Shown one piece after another: positions 1 through 15,206 of a stretch of 64,000 bases of DNA. Both the position numbers and the translations under genes were made by a program. Numbering within the stretch: position 1 is the stretch's first letter; each line of letters starts with the position of its first letter. The notes beneath the pieces were generated by a model that searched no databases, had not been told where the DNA came from, and saw only the letters and a list, made by a program, of their open reading frames with translations. Origin of the DNA: Octopus vulgaris (Eukaryota); contig OX597818.1 in NCBI GenBank assembly GCA_951406725.2, forward strand, positions 87,792,001 through 87,856,000, given 5' to 3'.

Positions 1-691
1 CACACACAAACACACACAAACACACACACACACACACATACACACACACACACACACACGCACAGAGAAAGAGGTGGTGGTTGTTGTGGTGATGGTGGTG
101 GTTGTTGAGAGGGTGGTGAAGGTGGTGGTGGGGGAGTTAAGATTATTTCTACTCTTTCACCATTGCCAGGTGATTTGCTGGGGAGAGAAAAGTCGGCCAT
201 TGTTAAAGTTGACGCGGCCTGGAATGAGAGATTATGTAGAAAACAGGGTAGTTTACTCTTATGATCAATAAGATGGGTGACAGGTGGTGGCAAGTGGGTA
301 GGTATGGATAGGAGAGGGGGAAGGAAGTGTGGTAGGGTGTTCAGAATAGGGTAGAGTAAAGATGATGAAGTGAAAAGGTGGGGGCGGAGAAGCAAGAGGT
401 GGAAGATTGAAAGTCGAAATAATTATTGGTTTTGATGTTTAACAGTTGACATGGTGGTCACCAGTTCATTTGGAAGCTGGTCTGAGAACTTGTGGGGATG
501 GGGACGCGGGTGGGGGTGGAAGTCGGGTGTGAATACCGCTGGTCATATGATGTTAGGGTACTGAGGTTGTGATGGCGGGGGAAGAGGTTACAAATTGCAT
601 TTATTTTAGTGTTTAGTTTGGGATAGAAGGGTAGCGCTTAAAGCCCTTTCTTCTTCTTCTTATTATTATTATTCTTCTTCTTCTTCTTCTT

Positions 692-722
<31 letters not shown>

Positions 723-778
723 TTATTATTATTATTATTATTATTATCATCATCATCATCATCATCATTATTATTATT

Positions 779-2357
779 GAGTGAGAGAGCAATCAATGCA
801 CGCCATCAAAGTGACACTGGGGTAAAATATACGAAGCCCAGTATACTCATCATGACCACCCGTTTGATAAGAGTACACCAGGCACATGCATCACAACCAT
901 ATGTGCACGACAATGTGATCTTATATCAAGATTAACAGCACATGACCTTGCAGGTGGGGCCCAGTTAGAGATCTAGTTTTTTCATTCGCAAAATATGCAT
1001 TTTTTAAAAGACAGTAAAAAAATCTGAAAATTGGCTTTAATATTAAAGTTTTCTGGTCTTATTGCTATGAAGGGATGATATTGTGGAGAAAACAAATTGG
1101 TGGTAAAAGTTACCGAGGTTTAAAAATCGAAAAAAAAACTGTATTTATAGCCAATATCGAGACAAAAATTTTCTGTGTTTAGCAGACCGGTGTCAACTTT
1201 CAGGGTGTACCCTGTGAAATTTATAGTTTAGCGTCTGACCTGTTATTGTAGGTTTGTAAATAAACAGAAATACCTAATAAAATCAACATGTATCATCTTA
1301 CTGTTTCTTTTGTCTCTTCATTGATTGTATGTTTTTATTATTTTTTCTTAGTTTGTAATATTAATATAATTGTCTGTATGTGTTTACTTAATGCGTATTT
1401 CAGTATTATGATTACCTGTCATGCATTTGTGTACATCATTAATATATGAGTCAATGTGTGTGTGAGAGTGTGTGAAAAGGGAGCATCTGTCTCCAAAACT
1501 TCAAAGTTGAGTAACGTTTTCATGCTTGGATTTGTAAGAATAACACTGGTCAACAAAGAATTTGTCTCAAGGAAAAGAATACCTGTTCTTATATGTTTTT
1601 GCATGCAGAATTCAAAAATAGTGGCAGATTATCTTATCAAGTTCACATATTCCATTCACCTTCACAATGCCAAGAAACTGTATAAACATCGGAAACGACT
1701 TTTGCTATATATCAAAAATACGTAAAATATTAAGACAAATATCTATTACAAAAATTATAATCGATTAATATAAATTTTTATTAAAACAAAACACGCGGAT
1801 GAAGTAAATCTCATGGTGTGAAGAATCAACACAATGTACGGTTGTCATGGTAACAAGCTCTTAATGCCTCGCTATCTGTTGATTGGCTAAAATTACCCGA
1901 ATTTCCCAACTTTAATTCCAAATAGCATCAGATTCTTTAAGTTACGAGATAAAGTAATTGGTTGATCATAATCAAAATTCAGAGTTGCATCGATACATCA
2001 AAAGTGAAAGCAATCTGAACAAAAATTAAAAGCGGCTCATTTTGCGAATGAAAAATTCTAGATCCCCAGTTAGAATTTCCTTCAGGCCGAGCAGCCCATC
2101 CCGCACAAAAGGTCCCCTGAATAAGGGTTTTCTAAGGATGTCGAACAAAACACCCATGTTTCCAAAGGGGAATTATCCAAACCCCAAACAAATCCTCTCA
2201 ACACATGGCTATGATGCTCCCTCACTACTTCTGCTCATGATGAGAGATGCACGTATTGCCTGCTCAACTGGTTAAGATCAATCAATTGACAAGCAAATCT
2301 GTGGTCATAAGTAGAATTTTTGCTGTAGTCCATCTTTTACACCAAGACAAAACAATG
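779..2357 (-). mobile_element. Non-coding interspersed repeat (779-969 + 2065-2357) in a (TAT)n tract, split by the MITE
   Basis: Continuous across the TSD; bounded by trinucleotide microsatellites. Strand inferred from the (AAT)n tail. Confidence 0.45.
970..2064. mobile_element. Non-autonomous TIR DNA transposon (MULE-like MITE)
   Basis: ~25-bp TIRs GATCTAG(A)TTTTT(T)CATTCGCAAAAT; 10-bp TSD CCCAGTTAGA at 960-969 and 2065-2074; no ORF. Confidence 0.85.
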
Positions 2358-2393
2358 TTGTTGTTTTTGTTGTTGTTGTTGTTGTTGTTTTTA

Positions 2394-2451
<58 letters not shown>

Positions 2452-2466
2452 CATCATCATCATTCA

Positions 2467-3456
2467 GCAGTCAAAAACCGTTCGCGGGAAAACAACCCAA
2501 GATTCCTATAGGAACTAGTTGAAGATATGAGTGATGATGGCCTAGGATTGAATCTAGGCATTGACGAGAACAATCTGAGTAGTCTCTTCCAGAGAGCCTT
2601 CCGGTCAAAGATCATGGACAATTTCCAAAGTCTTTCGCTTGACAGTGCTACAGAGAGGCATTGCCCGTTCGAGACAAGCTCTTTAAGCATGGAAGTGCTA
2701 ACAGCCGAACCTGCCCGAGGACGGAACCGTTCTGCATGCAATAATTCAGTGTCGATGCATCAGAGATAGTTGTGTGATTGTGTGAAATAGCTGTTACCGA
2801 TGCAAGACGAATTCAGCTGTCTGCCGAGTGTATAGTGAAGATCGACGCACCACTTTCCCTTAACAGAGAAGGAAGGCAGATATTTCTCTGCTTAGTGGCT
2901 GTGGTAAAAGAGGCTGTGTTGAGGACCCGTCTGAAAACTTTGAAGACAGGCACATCCCTATCTGGTGAAGCCCTCATTAAATCCTTGAAATATCATTTGA
3001 AGAGGAACGTGATGGTAAAGAGGGAGCTGCTGTCTTCTGGTGTGTTTATCAAAAAGTAGCCGACTATGGCAAGACTGGGGAGATTGAATGGATCTACTCT
3101 GAATATGCTTTTCCAGGCAGGAGGAAAGAAGCTGGAAGAGGGCACTTTTCCATGCCTTGGAGATGGCAGAGTAATCCAAAAATTTTGCGTGGGGTTTACC
3201 CCGGATTACTCTAAGTGGGCTGTACCACTATTGGGGATTTTATTTATTTACTTATTTATATATTTATTATTTATTTATTATTTATTTCTCAACTTTTTAT
3301 TATATATCCTCTGTTATATCCTTCAATGTGATAGTATTTCACCTTGATTGAAGTTAACACCACATGTTTTTGTAGCTTTTGAACTTTTTTTGTGCAGTAA
3401 CTCGCCCTTCGATATTATCCTCCATGTCTTAGGCCCTTGAGGCCAATAAAAGAAAT
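2467..3456 (+). mobile_element. 3' fragment of an L1/Tx1-clade LINE (zf-RVT region + 3' UTR)
   Basis: Frameshifted CYREALPVRDKLFKHG..TCPR..TVLHAIIQC; ends AATAAAAGAAAT then (CAT)n/(TAT)n. Confidence 0.75.
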
Positions 3457-4138
3457 CATCATCATCATCATCATCATTATTATTATTATTATTATTATTA
3501 TTGTTGTTGTTGTTGTTGTTGTTGTTGTTTCACTAGCAAGCTGATCTTAGTAATAGTAGTAGTAGTAGTAGTAATAGCAACAATAGCAGCAGTGGCGGTG
3601 GCAGCAGCAGTGGCGGCAGCAGCAGCAGCAATGGCAGCAGCAGCAGCAGTGGCAGCAGCAGCATCAGCAGCAGCAGTTCGCGGCGGTGACTCTCTGCCGT
3701 CGTTGTAAAGCTATGGTTCAGTAAATGGATGACGTTGTGCAGTGAAGCCTAACGGCAGGCTGGAATAGATCCACCAGTAACCTACATGCGGGTGGCAAAC
3801 ACCCAGCCAAATATTTACCCATTGTTTGTTGGTCTTACTTAGAGACAAAAGCATTCAAAGACTAGACAAGTTTGTTGTCGACATTCTGGCTTGTCATGGT
3901 TACTAAGTCATCCTATTTTCCTCTTTGTTGTCTCTGAGATACGAACAAAAGAACAGTCATAAGGTCTAAGTGGACTGGCTTATATACGCACACACATTTA
4001 TGTACACATATACACCAATTACACACACACACATACACATACACACACACATATAGATACAAGTTTATAAATACAAACACATACATGCATTTACATAAAC
4101 ACAAACACAAACACACACACAAATATATATGATATATT

Positions 4139-4199
<61 letters not shown>

Positions 4200-4449
4200 T
4201 TACTTATATATATATGTGTGTGTATGTGTGTGTGTGCGTATGTGTGTATGTATATATGCATATATCGTGGCACTCTGGTGGTTATGACAATGAGGGTTCC
4301 AGTTGATCCGATCAACGGAACAGCCTGCTCGTGATATTAACGTGCAAGTGGCTGAGCACTCCACAGACACGTGTACCCTTAACGTAGTTCTCGGGGAGAT
4401 TAAGTGTGATACAGAAAGTGACAAGGCTGGCCCTTTGAAATACAGGTAC

Positions 4450-4680
4450 AACCTTTCCAGCGTCATAAAACACAGCAAAGTGAAAATATTCGCTGACGAC
4501 TCTAAGCTCCAGAAAATTATCTATGAAAAAGAAGACCGAACTTAACTGCTGTCTGATCTACATGCTGCGAGTCAATAGGCAGATAAAGACAAAATGCAAC
4601 TAAGCGAGGGAAAATTTTGATGCATTTTGGAAAAAAGAATAGTCCTTTCGATAAATGCACCAACTCATCGGAGCCAACAT
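4450..4680 (+). pseudogene. CR1-type LINE RT fragment
   Basis: LSSVIKHSKVKIFADDSKLQK followed by stops. Confidence 0.7.
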
Positions 4681-5956
4681 TTGACAGAAAAGTTTTTCAT
4701 AAATAAATGAATAAATGAGTGGAGACATTACCGGTGAGTGTGTTAAATAATAAGGTATTAAGAGAGAACGACTCTCCCCAGACACAACACAATATGCTTC
4801 AACACACGAACTCACATAAAGAATCTTGCAAACCAAATCCCAAAACGAAGTTTTTCAACAGTTTTTTTTTTTATATTAACTTCTTGTCAACACTTACATC
4901 TTTCTGGCAACATGAAAAGGAGACATCACTCCTGTCGAGCAACTCGCAGAGTTTAGTAGACCAAATCGCAGACCTTTCTTCACCTGTGTTATTCGTGTAA
5001 CAAGTGGCACATGATTCTCTTGGCATGTAGGTTCACGATCCAATTCAAATTCCAGATCCGACATACGAAAGGATCTAGATATGATGTTCTCATAAGATAC
5101 GAACACAAATTGGTTATAGGTTCATTGAAGCTGTTTAAGGCGCATTTTTTAAAATTCATAAATCGTTCGATTACACCATTGAAGTTTCTTTTCAATGATG
5201 TCTAAGAGAGAGGATCAGTCTAGATCTGGTGGCATTTCATTTTCTGCGAATGAAATTTTTAATAACCTCAAGAAAACAGTATTTTCATTGTTTTAGGCGC
5301 ATTTTTAAATTCCTAAATCGTTCGATTACACCATGAAAGAGAGTTTCTCTTTAATGATGTCTAAGTGAGAGGATCAGAATACATTTGGTGGCATTTAATT
5401 TTCTCCAAACGAAATTTTAAATCACCTCAAGAAAACAGTATTTTCATAATGGAATCGAACAATATATCAATAAAAATGCGTCTGAAACAGCTGTAGTGAA
5501 CCTGCGAAAAAATTGGTGATAATATTTCATATATATATATATATATACGGAAACTACGCAATCCCGAATTTACCAATCGTCGAGAATAAGTCTAGCGACT
5601 TATTGTTATCTCGGGGATCACTAAATGATAGTTGCGGTTAACCGGCATCTGAAACGGTTTTAAGAGGAAGTATGGCAACCACCAGGACTATAGATCCCTT
5701 TAAACTTATTCTTTGTAAGCCAAGTATTTATTCTATCGTTCTCTTTTGCCAAATCGCTAATTTACGGAGACGTAAGCACACCAACTTCGGTCGTCAAGCG
5801 ATGGTGGAGAGAAACACACACACATGTATGTATGTATGTATGTATGTATGTATGTATGTATGTATGTATGTATATATGTATGTATGTGTATATATATAAA
5901 TATATATATATATATACATATGCATGCATGCATGTATGTATGCGTGTATGCATGTA

Positions 5957-6003
<47 letters not shown>

Positions 6004-6004
6004 T

Positions 6005-6035
<31 letters not shown>

Positions 6036-6416
6036 ACACACAAGAATACACACACCCACGTTCATATGATGCAAATTAAGACATACATTGATAAATTGCA
6101 CGATAAATATACAATACTCAGCACTAAAAGTGTGTTATCGTTCATGTTATTGTATTCATATAGAAACTGATGGCTATCTCTACGCTGGTTTCTTCTGTCA
6201 ACAATTTAGCAGTTCAATGAAGTTATGTATAACGGTTACGTTTAATGCCTCTGAAGATTTGACTGAAAGTTTTGTGTAATTTACGTCATGTAACTAATAA
6301 TAATGTACTCTGTTAATGAAATGTACGTACAATAGCTTATAAGCATTTTCTCCTGTTCAGTTTTATATGTATGTGTTTATGCCTGTAAATCCATATATAT
6401 ATATATGTGTGTGTCT

Positions 6417-6510
<94 letters not shown>

Positions 6511-6523
6511 CTCTATCTATCTA

Positions 6524-6558
<35 letters not shown>

Positions 6559-6577
6559 GTCTGTCTGTCTGTCTCTC

Positions 6578-6630
<53 letters not shown>

Positions 6631-7086
6631 GTGTATGTGTGGGTGTATATATATATGCGTGTGTGTGTATGTATACACACACACCATAGCTGCTGATCTC
6701 TCACTATGACATTAAGAGACACACAAAGATCACTCAGATAAACACATATAAGCAGTCAATACCACACACACCACACATACACATGCACACAAATGTACAC
6801 ACACAGAGTTACCACCACCTACATACACACATACCACCATCATATGCACGCACACACACGCTACCGTATATACACACGCTACCGCAGACACTCTTCCACA
6901 CACACGCACCACCGCACATATACCCACACGTACACACAGATACCAACCATTCTTCACACTCACCTTCCGAGAAAGCACTTTCTCTTTGTCCATTTACTTC
7001 TAGTCATTCCAAAATGTAACTACACGTGGATTGTTGGGGATCCCCCCCCCCCTTCTTTCCTTTCTTTTGGACTTTCCTCTCTCTCT

Positions 7087-7123
7087 TGTTTCCGAAGATG
7101 AGATGTGCTCGAAATGTAAAGCA
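7087..7123 (+). ncRNA. Minimal hammerhead-like motif (variant)
   Basis: TGTTT-CCGAAGA-T-GAG ATGTG CTC-GAA-ATGT-A-AAGCA. Confidence 0.5.
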
Positions 7124-7206
7124 GCAACTCTTTAGTTGAAAGCTGTAAAACTTTTATATATTTCGGGTGCAAGGGCCCATTTTCAGAAGAGTCCAAAGAA
7201 AAAATA

Positions 7207-8213
7207 TATATCCTCTCATAATAACAAACTGTTAAATATTAATACATTTACTAATACTAACATTAATTTAGCTAATACCATCCAACCCTCTAGAAATATT
7301 AATAACAAGGTTATTGTATCTGAAGTCAATTCCAATAGAATTAAATTTATGTCAAGTAACTCTAAGATTAAAAATTCTATATACCAGTGTATAATCAGTA
7401 CTCGTAATAAAGTACGATTTTACATTGGAAGTACATCGTTAGAGTTATCTAAAAGAATTTCTATCCATTACTCAACATTTAGGGATAGAAATAAACGGAA
7501 TAGTACCGGTCTCAGCAAACTGATTTGGGATTTAAAAGACCACAATGAACAATTTCATTTAGAATGGTTGATCCTCTCAATTTCAATACCATATGACAAA
7601 GGCAAGAAATTCTGTCTTCTCTGCAATTCTGAGCTATTTTTCATTATTTTTTCTAAAAATACTCTAGTAAACACGGTTATAGAACGAGCATACAGATGTA
7701 AGCATTGGCAGAAACATACATTTAGTGCATATAAGTAGTCTCTATCATTATATATAATTTAAACTTTAATTTCCTTTATATTTAACATTCACTATTAATA
7801 TCCCTACTCTTTCTGTTAGCTACTTATGACGTTATATCATATAACGTTTTTTTAAACAATATTAATAGCGTTCTGTCTATCGCTATACAAATCCATCATT
7901 TTTTGCTAAAATGTCGTATTGACGAGTTTCGTTTTTTTCACTTTCCCGAAGAGAAGATTGCATTGTTTATACCATTTATTCTTTTGAATAGTATCAGTGG
8001 AATTTTCGAAACATGTGTAGAAAGTAAAAATACTTGTTTAAACCTGCGTTAACTCCATTTTTTATTCATATTATTCAAAATATTCAACGTAAACACGAAG
8101 TTTCAACCTTTATAAAAAAGGAGTTACAATATCTTTACTTGTGAGATTTTGCTGCCCTGGTAACTATTTATTTATTTTTCCTTGTTAATTGTTAACAAGG
8201 TAAAAATACACTC

Positions 8214-8222
<9 letters not shown>
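7207..8222 (+). mobile_element. 5'-truncated PLE of a related subfamily (GIY-YIG domain + pLTR)
   Basis: ISSHNNKLLN..VSEVNSNRIKFMSSNSKIKNSIYQC..FYIGST..CLLCNSE..CKHWQKH (stop at 7738) is paralogous to the C-terminus of the 17237 ORF. Followed by an HHR, a donor site and (TA)n. Confidence 0.9.
7933..8030 (+). ncRNA. Hammerhead ribozyme, CCGAAGA core variant
   Basis: TTTTTCACTTTC-CCGAAGA-GAAGATTGCATTG...CAGTGGAATTTTC-GAA-ACATGTGT-A-GAAAGTAAAAA. Confidence 0.75.
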
Positions 8223-8270
<48 letters not shown>

Positions 8271-8472
8271 CCCATGCCATATTCTGTTTATTATTTTTTT
8301 TTTGTTTCTTTTGTCCCCTTTCTGCCTTGTTGTCCGTCTTGTCTTGCTATATTTCGGTCGCTTCCCCAGCTGGTTGCATTATCGATAATGACATGAAATT
8401 ACGTTCGACGCTCTAACCGATTGTTGATGACGAATGTGTATATACATACATACATACATACATACACGCACG

Positions 8473-8505
<33 letters not shown>

Positions 8506-8850
8506 CCACTACATATCTGCTTGCTTCTTAGTCTCTTCTCAACATTATGTTCAACTTCTTAGACCCAACACTCGCCTGTATGCTCAGTCCGTCTGCATCG
8601 AAACACAAGTTCTCGAGAATCTCCTCTCTGATCATGTCTTAGCAGCGAGGTGCTGACCTCAATAGAAAGTTAACATCAATTTTACCGGCTTTGGAATCAG
8701 AGTTTTAGTAATCACGGTCACAGCACAGTCACACCGTCTTCCTTGAAACACTTTATGTAAAACTGTGTATGTGCGTGGATGATGAATATATATATATATA
8801 GTTATAAGTTAGAGTTGTTTAAAACCTATGTCTTTCGCTTTTCTCATCTC

Positions 8851-8904
8851 GCATTCTGATGATGTCTCCCACAACGATTGGTAAACAGAAACGATCGTAA
8901 ATGT
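8851..8904 (+). ncRNA. Compact hammerhead ribozyme, intact core
   Basis: GCATT-CTGATGA-TGT...ACA-GAA-ACGATCGT-A-AATGT. Palindromic stem III, GUA site, just downstream of a (TA)n tract. Confidence 0.8.
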
Positions 8905-9003
8905 ACTATTACTACAACTGTTCTTTATATGAATGAATTAAATTAATGGCTTTTGGCGCAAACGACTAGCTTCTTCCTGCTATTTTTCCTCCATTTACTT
9001 CTT

Positions 9004-9072
<69 letters not shown>

Positions 9073-9380
9073 CACACACACATATATATATATATACAAC
9101 GGGCTTCTTTCAGATTCCGTCTGCCAAATCCACTCACAAGGCTTTGTTCGGCCCGAAGCTATGGTAGAAGACAATTGCTCAAGGTACCATACAGTGGGTC
9201 TGAACCCGGAACCATATGGTTGGGAAGCAAGTTTCTTACCACAGAGTAACGCCTATACATACATACTTACATACATACATTCATACATACATACATACAT
9301 ACATACATACTTACATACATACATTCATACATACATACATACATACATACATACATACATACATACATACATACATACAT

Positions 9381-9420
<40 letters not shown>

Positions 9421-9481
9421 ATAACAAATTAATAAATAAAGCATATGCATATATACATACATACATGTATACATACACACA

Positions 9482-9583
<102 letters not shown>

Positions 9584-9670
9584 TACATACATATATTCAT
9601 GCATCCATATATATATATGTATGTATGAATATATGTATGTATAAATATATATATATGTATATATATATAT

Positions 9671-9705
<35 letters not shown>

Positions 9706-10054
9706 TACGTACTTCATGCACATAAGCTTAGGGTGCTAATTTATGGTGAAGAGTGAAGAGTTTTTATGTGAGAATCTGGCCAAAATCTCAGTTTAAATGT
9801 TCATGTGTGTGTGTGTGTGTGTGTGTGCGTGTGTGTGTGTGTGTGTGTATGTCTGTGTCTGTGTGTGTGTTTGAGTGTGTGTCTGCGTGTGTCTGTGCGT
9901 GAGTGTGCGCGTGTGTATCAAAGCTATGTTGCACCTGAAAGAGAACTTCCAAGCCGTTTCTTTCGTACTTGAATTCACGCATGAGTTCAATGCTAATAAC
10001 AGGATCAACTTTTTAAATATGGGCACGTTCGCACTCAACAACATTTTTACGTTA

Positions 10055-10890
10055 GCAACAGCACCAAAAGCAGCGCCGCCTGGGCCACCGCCACCAGCGC
10101 CATTACCATCAGCAGCGCCATTACCATCAGCAGCACCATCACCACCGACTACTACCGAAGCTATTATTGTCACCACCACCTCCATCACAACGAAGGCACC
10201 ATAACCACCATCGGTGTCACTGCCACCACGACCACCATTATCGTTACCACCGGCATCACCATCACCATCACCACTATCATTATCATTGCCACCACCACAA
10301 CAAAACACAATCACTTCCATCGCCACCAGTTGTACACTAAAATTTACCACCACTACCACCACCACTACAGTAACTAACCACCATAACCATTACCACCGCC
10401 ATTACCATAACAACAAACACTACCACCACCACCACCACCACCGCCGCCGCCACTACTTCCACTATAAGAATAACCACAAGTACCACCACCACTACCACCA
10501 TCACCACCAACACGACCGCTACAGCCGCGGCCACCAACACGACCACCATAGCCGCCACCACCACCACCAACACGACCACCACAGCCGCCACCACCACCAC
10601 CACCAACACGACCACCACAGCCGCCACCACCACCACCACCAATCCGACCACCATAGCCGCCGCCATCACCACCGCCGCATCATTCTCCGCCACCGCCGCC
10701 ACCGCCGCCGCCATCACCACCACCACCACTGCACCGCCGCCACGGCCACTACAAACAACAGCAACACCGTCACCGCTGCCTCCACACCACCGAGGCCACG
10801 ACCACCGTCGCCACCACCACCACCACCACCACCACCACCAGCACCAGCACCACCACCATTGCCGCCATTCGCCACCTCCACCACTATCGC
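10055..10890. repeat. (CAC/CAT/CGC)n low-complexity tract; the complementary type occurs at ~50480-52620
   Basis: Degenerate trinucleotide repeats giving poly-H/P/T/V pseudo-ORFs. Confidence 0.85.
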
Positions 10891-11186
10891 CATTCCACGA
10901 AAAACCCATTAAGAATTACGTTCACCTGAATGCTGTTTGCGATTGTCCCTTTAAATACAGAAATTTCTGTCATAAAATCCTCAGAGGATATTTATCATGT
11001 TGTAACATGCGAGCCGAGTCTATGAAGAAATCACCAAAATAAACTGAATACCAGTCATTTATGGCTACAGTAATAAACTAGTCGGTAGCATCGTAGTGCA
11101 ATTTAAGTAAAAACCAAAAAATCGATAATGCCACCAATTTCTCGAAACTAACCTCTTGCCCCAACACACAAACTCTCACGCAGACA

Positions 11187-12304
<1,118 letters not shown>

Positions 12305-12904
12305 GTTATATCTTATATTCATACCAAGGAAGATTGTACGCAATATATGGTGCAGAGTTTATTCATATGTTTATTTAATGTGAAACTTCGGCCAAAATCA
12401 CAGTTTAAACTTGAGCGCACGTCTGTGTATGTATGTGTGTGTCTTTGTCTGCCTGTGTGTGTTTGTGTGTGTGTGTGCGTGTATGTGTGTGTGTGTATAA
12501 CTTCTCCATAGTCACCTTTTGCCCCTAAAATACATATATACCCTGCGTAAAATATATTACTCATACCAAATATATACAAACTACAAAATAGATGAAAGCT
12601 TTCTTGGGAATATCAACATATAAATCAGAATATTTTATGAGTTTACACCTACGATCGCTATACTAAACTATAGCAGCCTGTACGTTCGCCCGGCTAAAAA
12701 ATACAAATAATCTCACTCACGTCGCGTCCTAACGCACAAAATAAAGGAAGGACACGTTAGATAGTGTATTCCGATGATGCATCATATGTGTTATGCTTCA
12801 TCATTTTATAATTTACTTGTTTCAATCAATGGAATAAAGTCATATTGCGGCACTGCTTTGAAGGATTTTACGCGGCCGAATCGAACCAGTTACTTATTAT
12901 TATT

Positions 12905-13190
12905 GACCTGTGAGTCGGAGAGAAGGAATTGGAGGGGGCACTTGCTCCTGGGGTTTCAGGGAAATCTCGGTCAGTGGGGTTCCTCGATTATCACTAGAGG
13001 CGTTCCTGTATTAGGAGGACCACATCTCTATCATCCCCACTTTTCTTTTTTTTTTTTTTTTACCTTTGTATGCTACGCATATGTCTCTCCTTTTTTTATC
13101 ATTTCGTTATCATATGTAATTCCACATTTTATGTCTGTCTCTGTATTGTCCCCCTCATCCTTCGCCCTTGTGGCAAATAAAAGAAGAGTT
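12905..13190 (+). mobile_element. Short 3' end of a related Tx1-like LINE
   Basis: Terminus GCCCTTGTGGCAAATAAAAGAAG resembles 3433-3456; in TAT repeats. Confidence 0.5.
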
Positions 13191-13199
13191 TATTACTAT

Positions 13200-13390
13200 T
13201 ATTTATTGTCTTTGCACAGCTTCTATCACTGGAGATGTGCTTCAGTGCCAGCTGTTCACTACCAATGAACTAAGGTAACAGCCCTTATTTTTCGAGCACC
13301 ATCCGAAGTATTAGAGCGGCTCCAAGCAGTGCCCTTTTCTACAAGTGCGCCACGCTTATTGCAGCCCCTATTTGTTCCATGTACTTTTAA
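13200..13390 (-). mobile_element. C-terminal fragment of an R4/Dong-like RLE non-LTR retrotransposon
   Basis: Minus translation KYMEQIGAAISVAHL*KRALLGAALILRMVLE resembles LQK.ALLGTARILR.VL; TAA-rich tail. Confidence 0.6.
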
Positions 13391-13524
13391 AAAGATAAGT
13401 ACTAAAATCGTCTAAAATCTCTTCGAGGCAATGCACCTGTATGGCTACAGTTTAATGACTGAAACAAGTATGAGATAAAGGATAGAAGATGTGTGTGTGC
13501 GTGTATGTGTGTGTGTGTGTGTGT

Positions 13525-13890
13525 AATGTGGTTAGGGCAGCGGACTCGCGGTCATAGGATCGCGGTTTCGATTCCCAGGCCGGGCGTTGTGAGTGTTTAT
13601 TGAGCGAAAACACCTAAAAGCTTCACGAGGCTTCGGCAGGGGATGCTGGTGATCCCTGCTGTACTCTTTCACCACAACTTTCTCTCATTCTTACTTCCTG
13701 TTTCTGTTGTACCTGTATTTCAAGGGGCCGGCCTTGTCACTCTCTCTGTCACGCTGAATATCTCCGAGAACTACGTTAAGGGTGCACGTGTCTGTGGAGT
13801 GCTCAGCCACTTACACGTTAATTTCACGAGCAGGCTGTTCCGTTGATTCGGATCAACCGGAACCCGCATCGTCGTAACCGACGGAGTGCT
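13525..13890 (+). mobile_element. tRNA-derived SINE family B (also 41333-41680 +; 37540-37826 - with a different tail)
   Basis: GTGGTTAGGGCAGCGGACTCGCGG..GTTTCGATTCCC head; tail ends CGTAACCGACGGAGTGC. Confidence 0.8.
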
Positions 13891-14788
13891 TCCATCCAAT
13901 GTATACATGATTGTTTGAGTTACTGTTTGTATATGTATGTGTTTATCCGTGTTGTTTCGTTCCAGTTGAGTACCTCTGTCCTTTGTATCCTAGTTGCAAA
14001 ACTACTAACGTATATTTTTAATCTTTGGCACTTTCTAGATGAACAACATCATGTTTTCCGGCCAGCGCCGAAACTGTTATGATTCTGGATAATTACCTGG
14101 CTGACGAAAGTGTTTTTCGACGTCGCTTTGTTATTCGTTAATTGTTGTCAACGCCTTCGCACTATTATATGTACCGGTGTATTTGCTTGCTTGCTTGTGT
14201 GTGTACGTGTGTGCGTGTGTGCGTGTGTGTATGTGCGTGTGTGTGTATGTGTGTGTTTACGTTTATGTATATGTTTATTGCAGTTTGTGAGAGAGTTTCT
14301 GCCGAAAACACATCCACTCGTTGTAGTTCGTTACTTTTATAATTGACTAATTAATTTTTGGAGAAATCATTGAAACATTCACTGTTGTGTCATGAAGACC
14401 TTTGAAAACACGAATTAATTGATTAATTAACCAATTAATTGTTTAATTTATTAATTAATAATATAAAAGTGAACTGTATCCATTGCGTATGCTTTTATTG
14501 GCAAAATTACTCGTTTGATGTGCAAGGAAGGAGAGAAAAAGATACATAGAGAAAGTAAGAGAGGAAGAAAAAAACAGAAGAGGATAAAAGAAGGAGAAAG
14601 AGCTAGAGAGAAAGGGAAAGAGAGAGAGGGAGAAAGAAAAAGAGGATAACAAAGAGAGTAACAGCTAGAGAGAAAGAGAGAGAGAGGAAGAAAAAAGGAG
14701 AGAGAAAGAGCTAGAGAGAAAGAGAAAGAGAGAGAAAGAAAGAAAGAAAGAAAAAGAGGATAAAAAAGAGACAGAGTTAGAGAGAAAT

Positions 14789-14840
<52 letters not shown>

Positions 14841-15206
14841 GAAGAAAAAGAAAAAGTGAAAGAAAAATGGCTGCCAATAAATACTGCATTGTTTTCCACC
14901 ATTTTGCGCTCGCAATTCTTTGTTGCGATCACACACACATACACACACACACACATACATTCACTGATATACCCACACATGTTTTCATTATATGTGTGTA
15001 TATTCGAAATTCGTTAATTCCGTTCATACTCTTTGTATAAGCATTTGTCTTTAGGTGCAGGCGTGACGGCTTGGTTAAGAAGTTTGCTTCACAACCACAT
15101 GATTTCGGGTTCAATCCCACAGTGTGGAAACTTGATCAAGCGTCTTTTACTGTAGCCCTGGGCCGACACAAAGTGGCTGGAACTTGAAAAAAACCCGTCG
15201 TATATC

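Noticed and set aside
130-600. Possible LINE endonuclease/RT remnant on the minus strand
   Set aside because: Motifs too degraded to support a call.
7136-7206. N-terminus of the 200-aa ORF as a standalone nuclease gene
   Set aside because: TTG start in unrelated flank; homology to the PLE begins only at ~7207, consistent with 5' truncation.
10214-10912. 232-aa His/Pro-rich ORF
   Set aside because: Translation of (CAC)n repeats, open in several frames; no domain or splice support.
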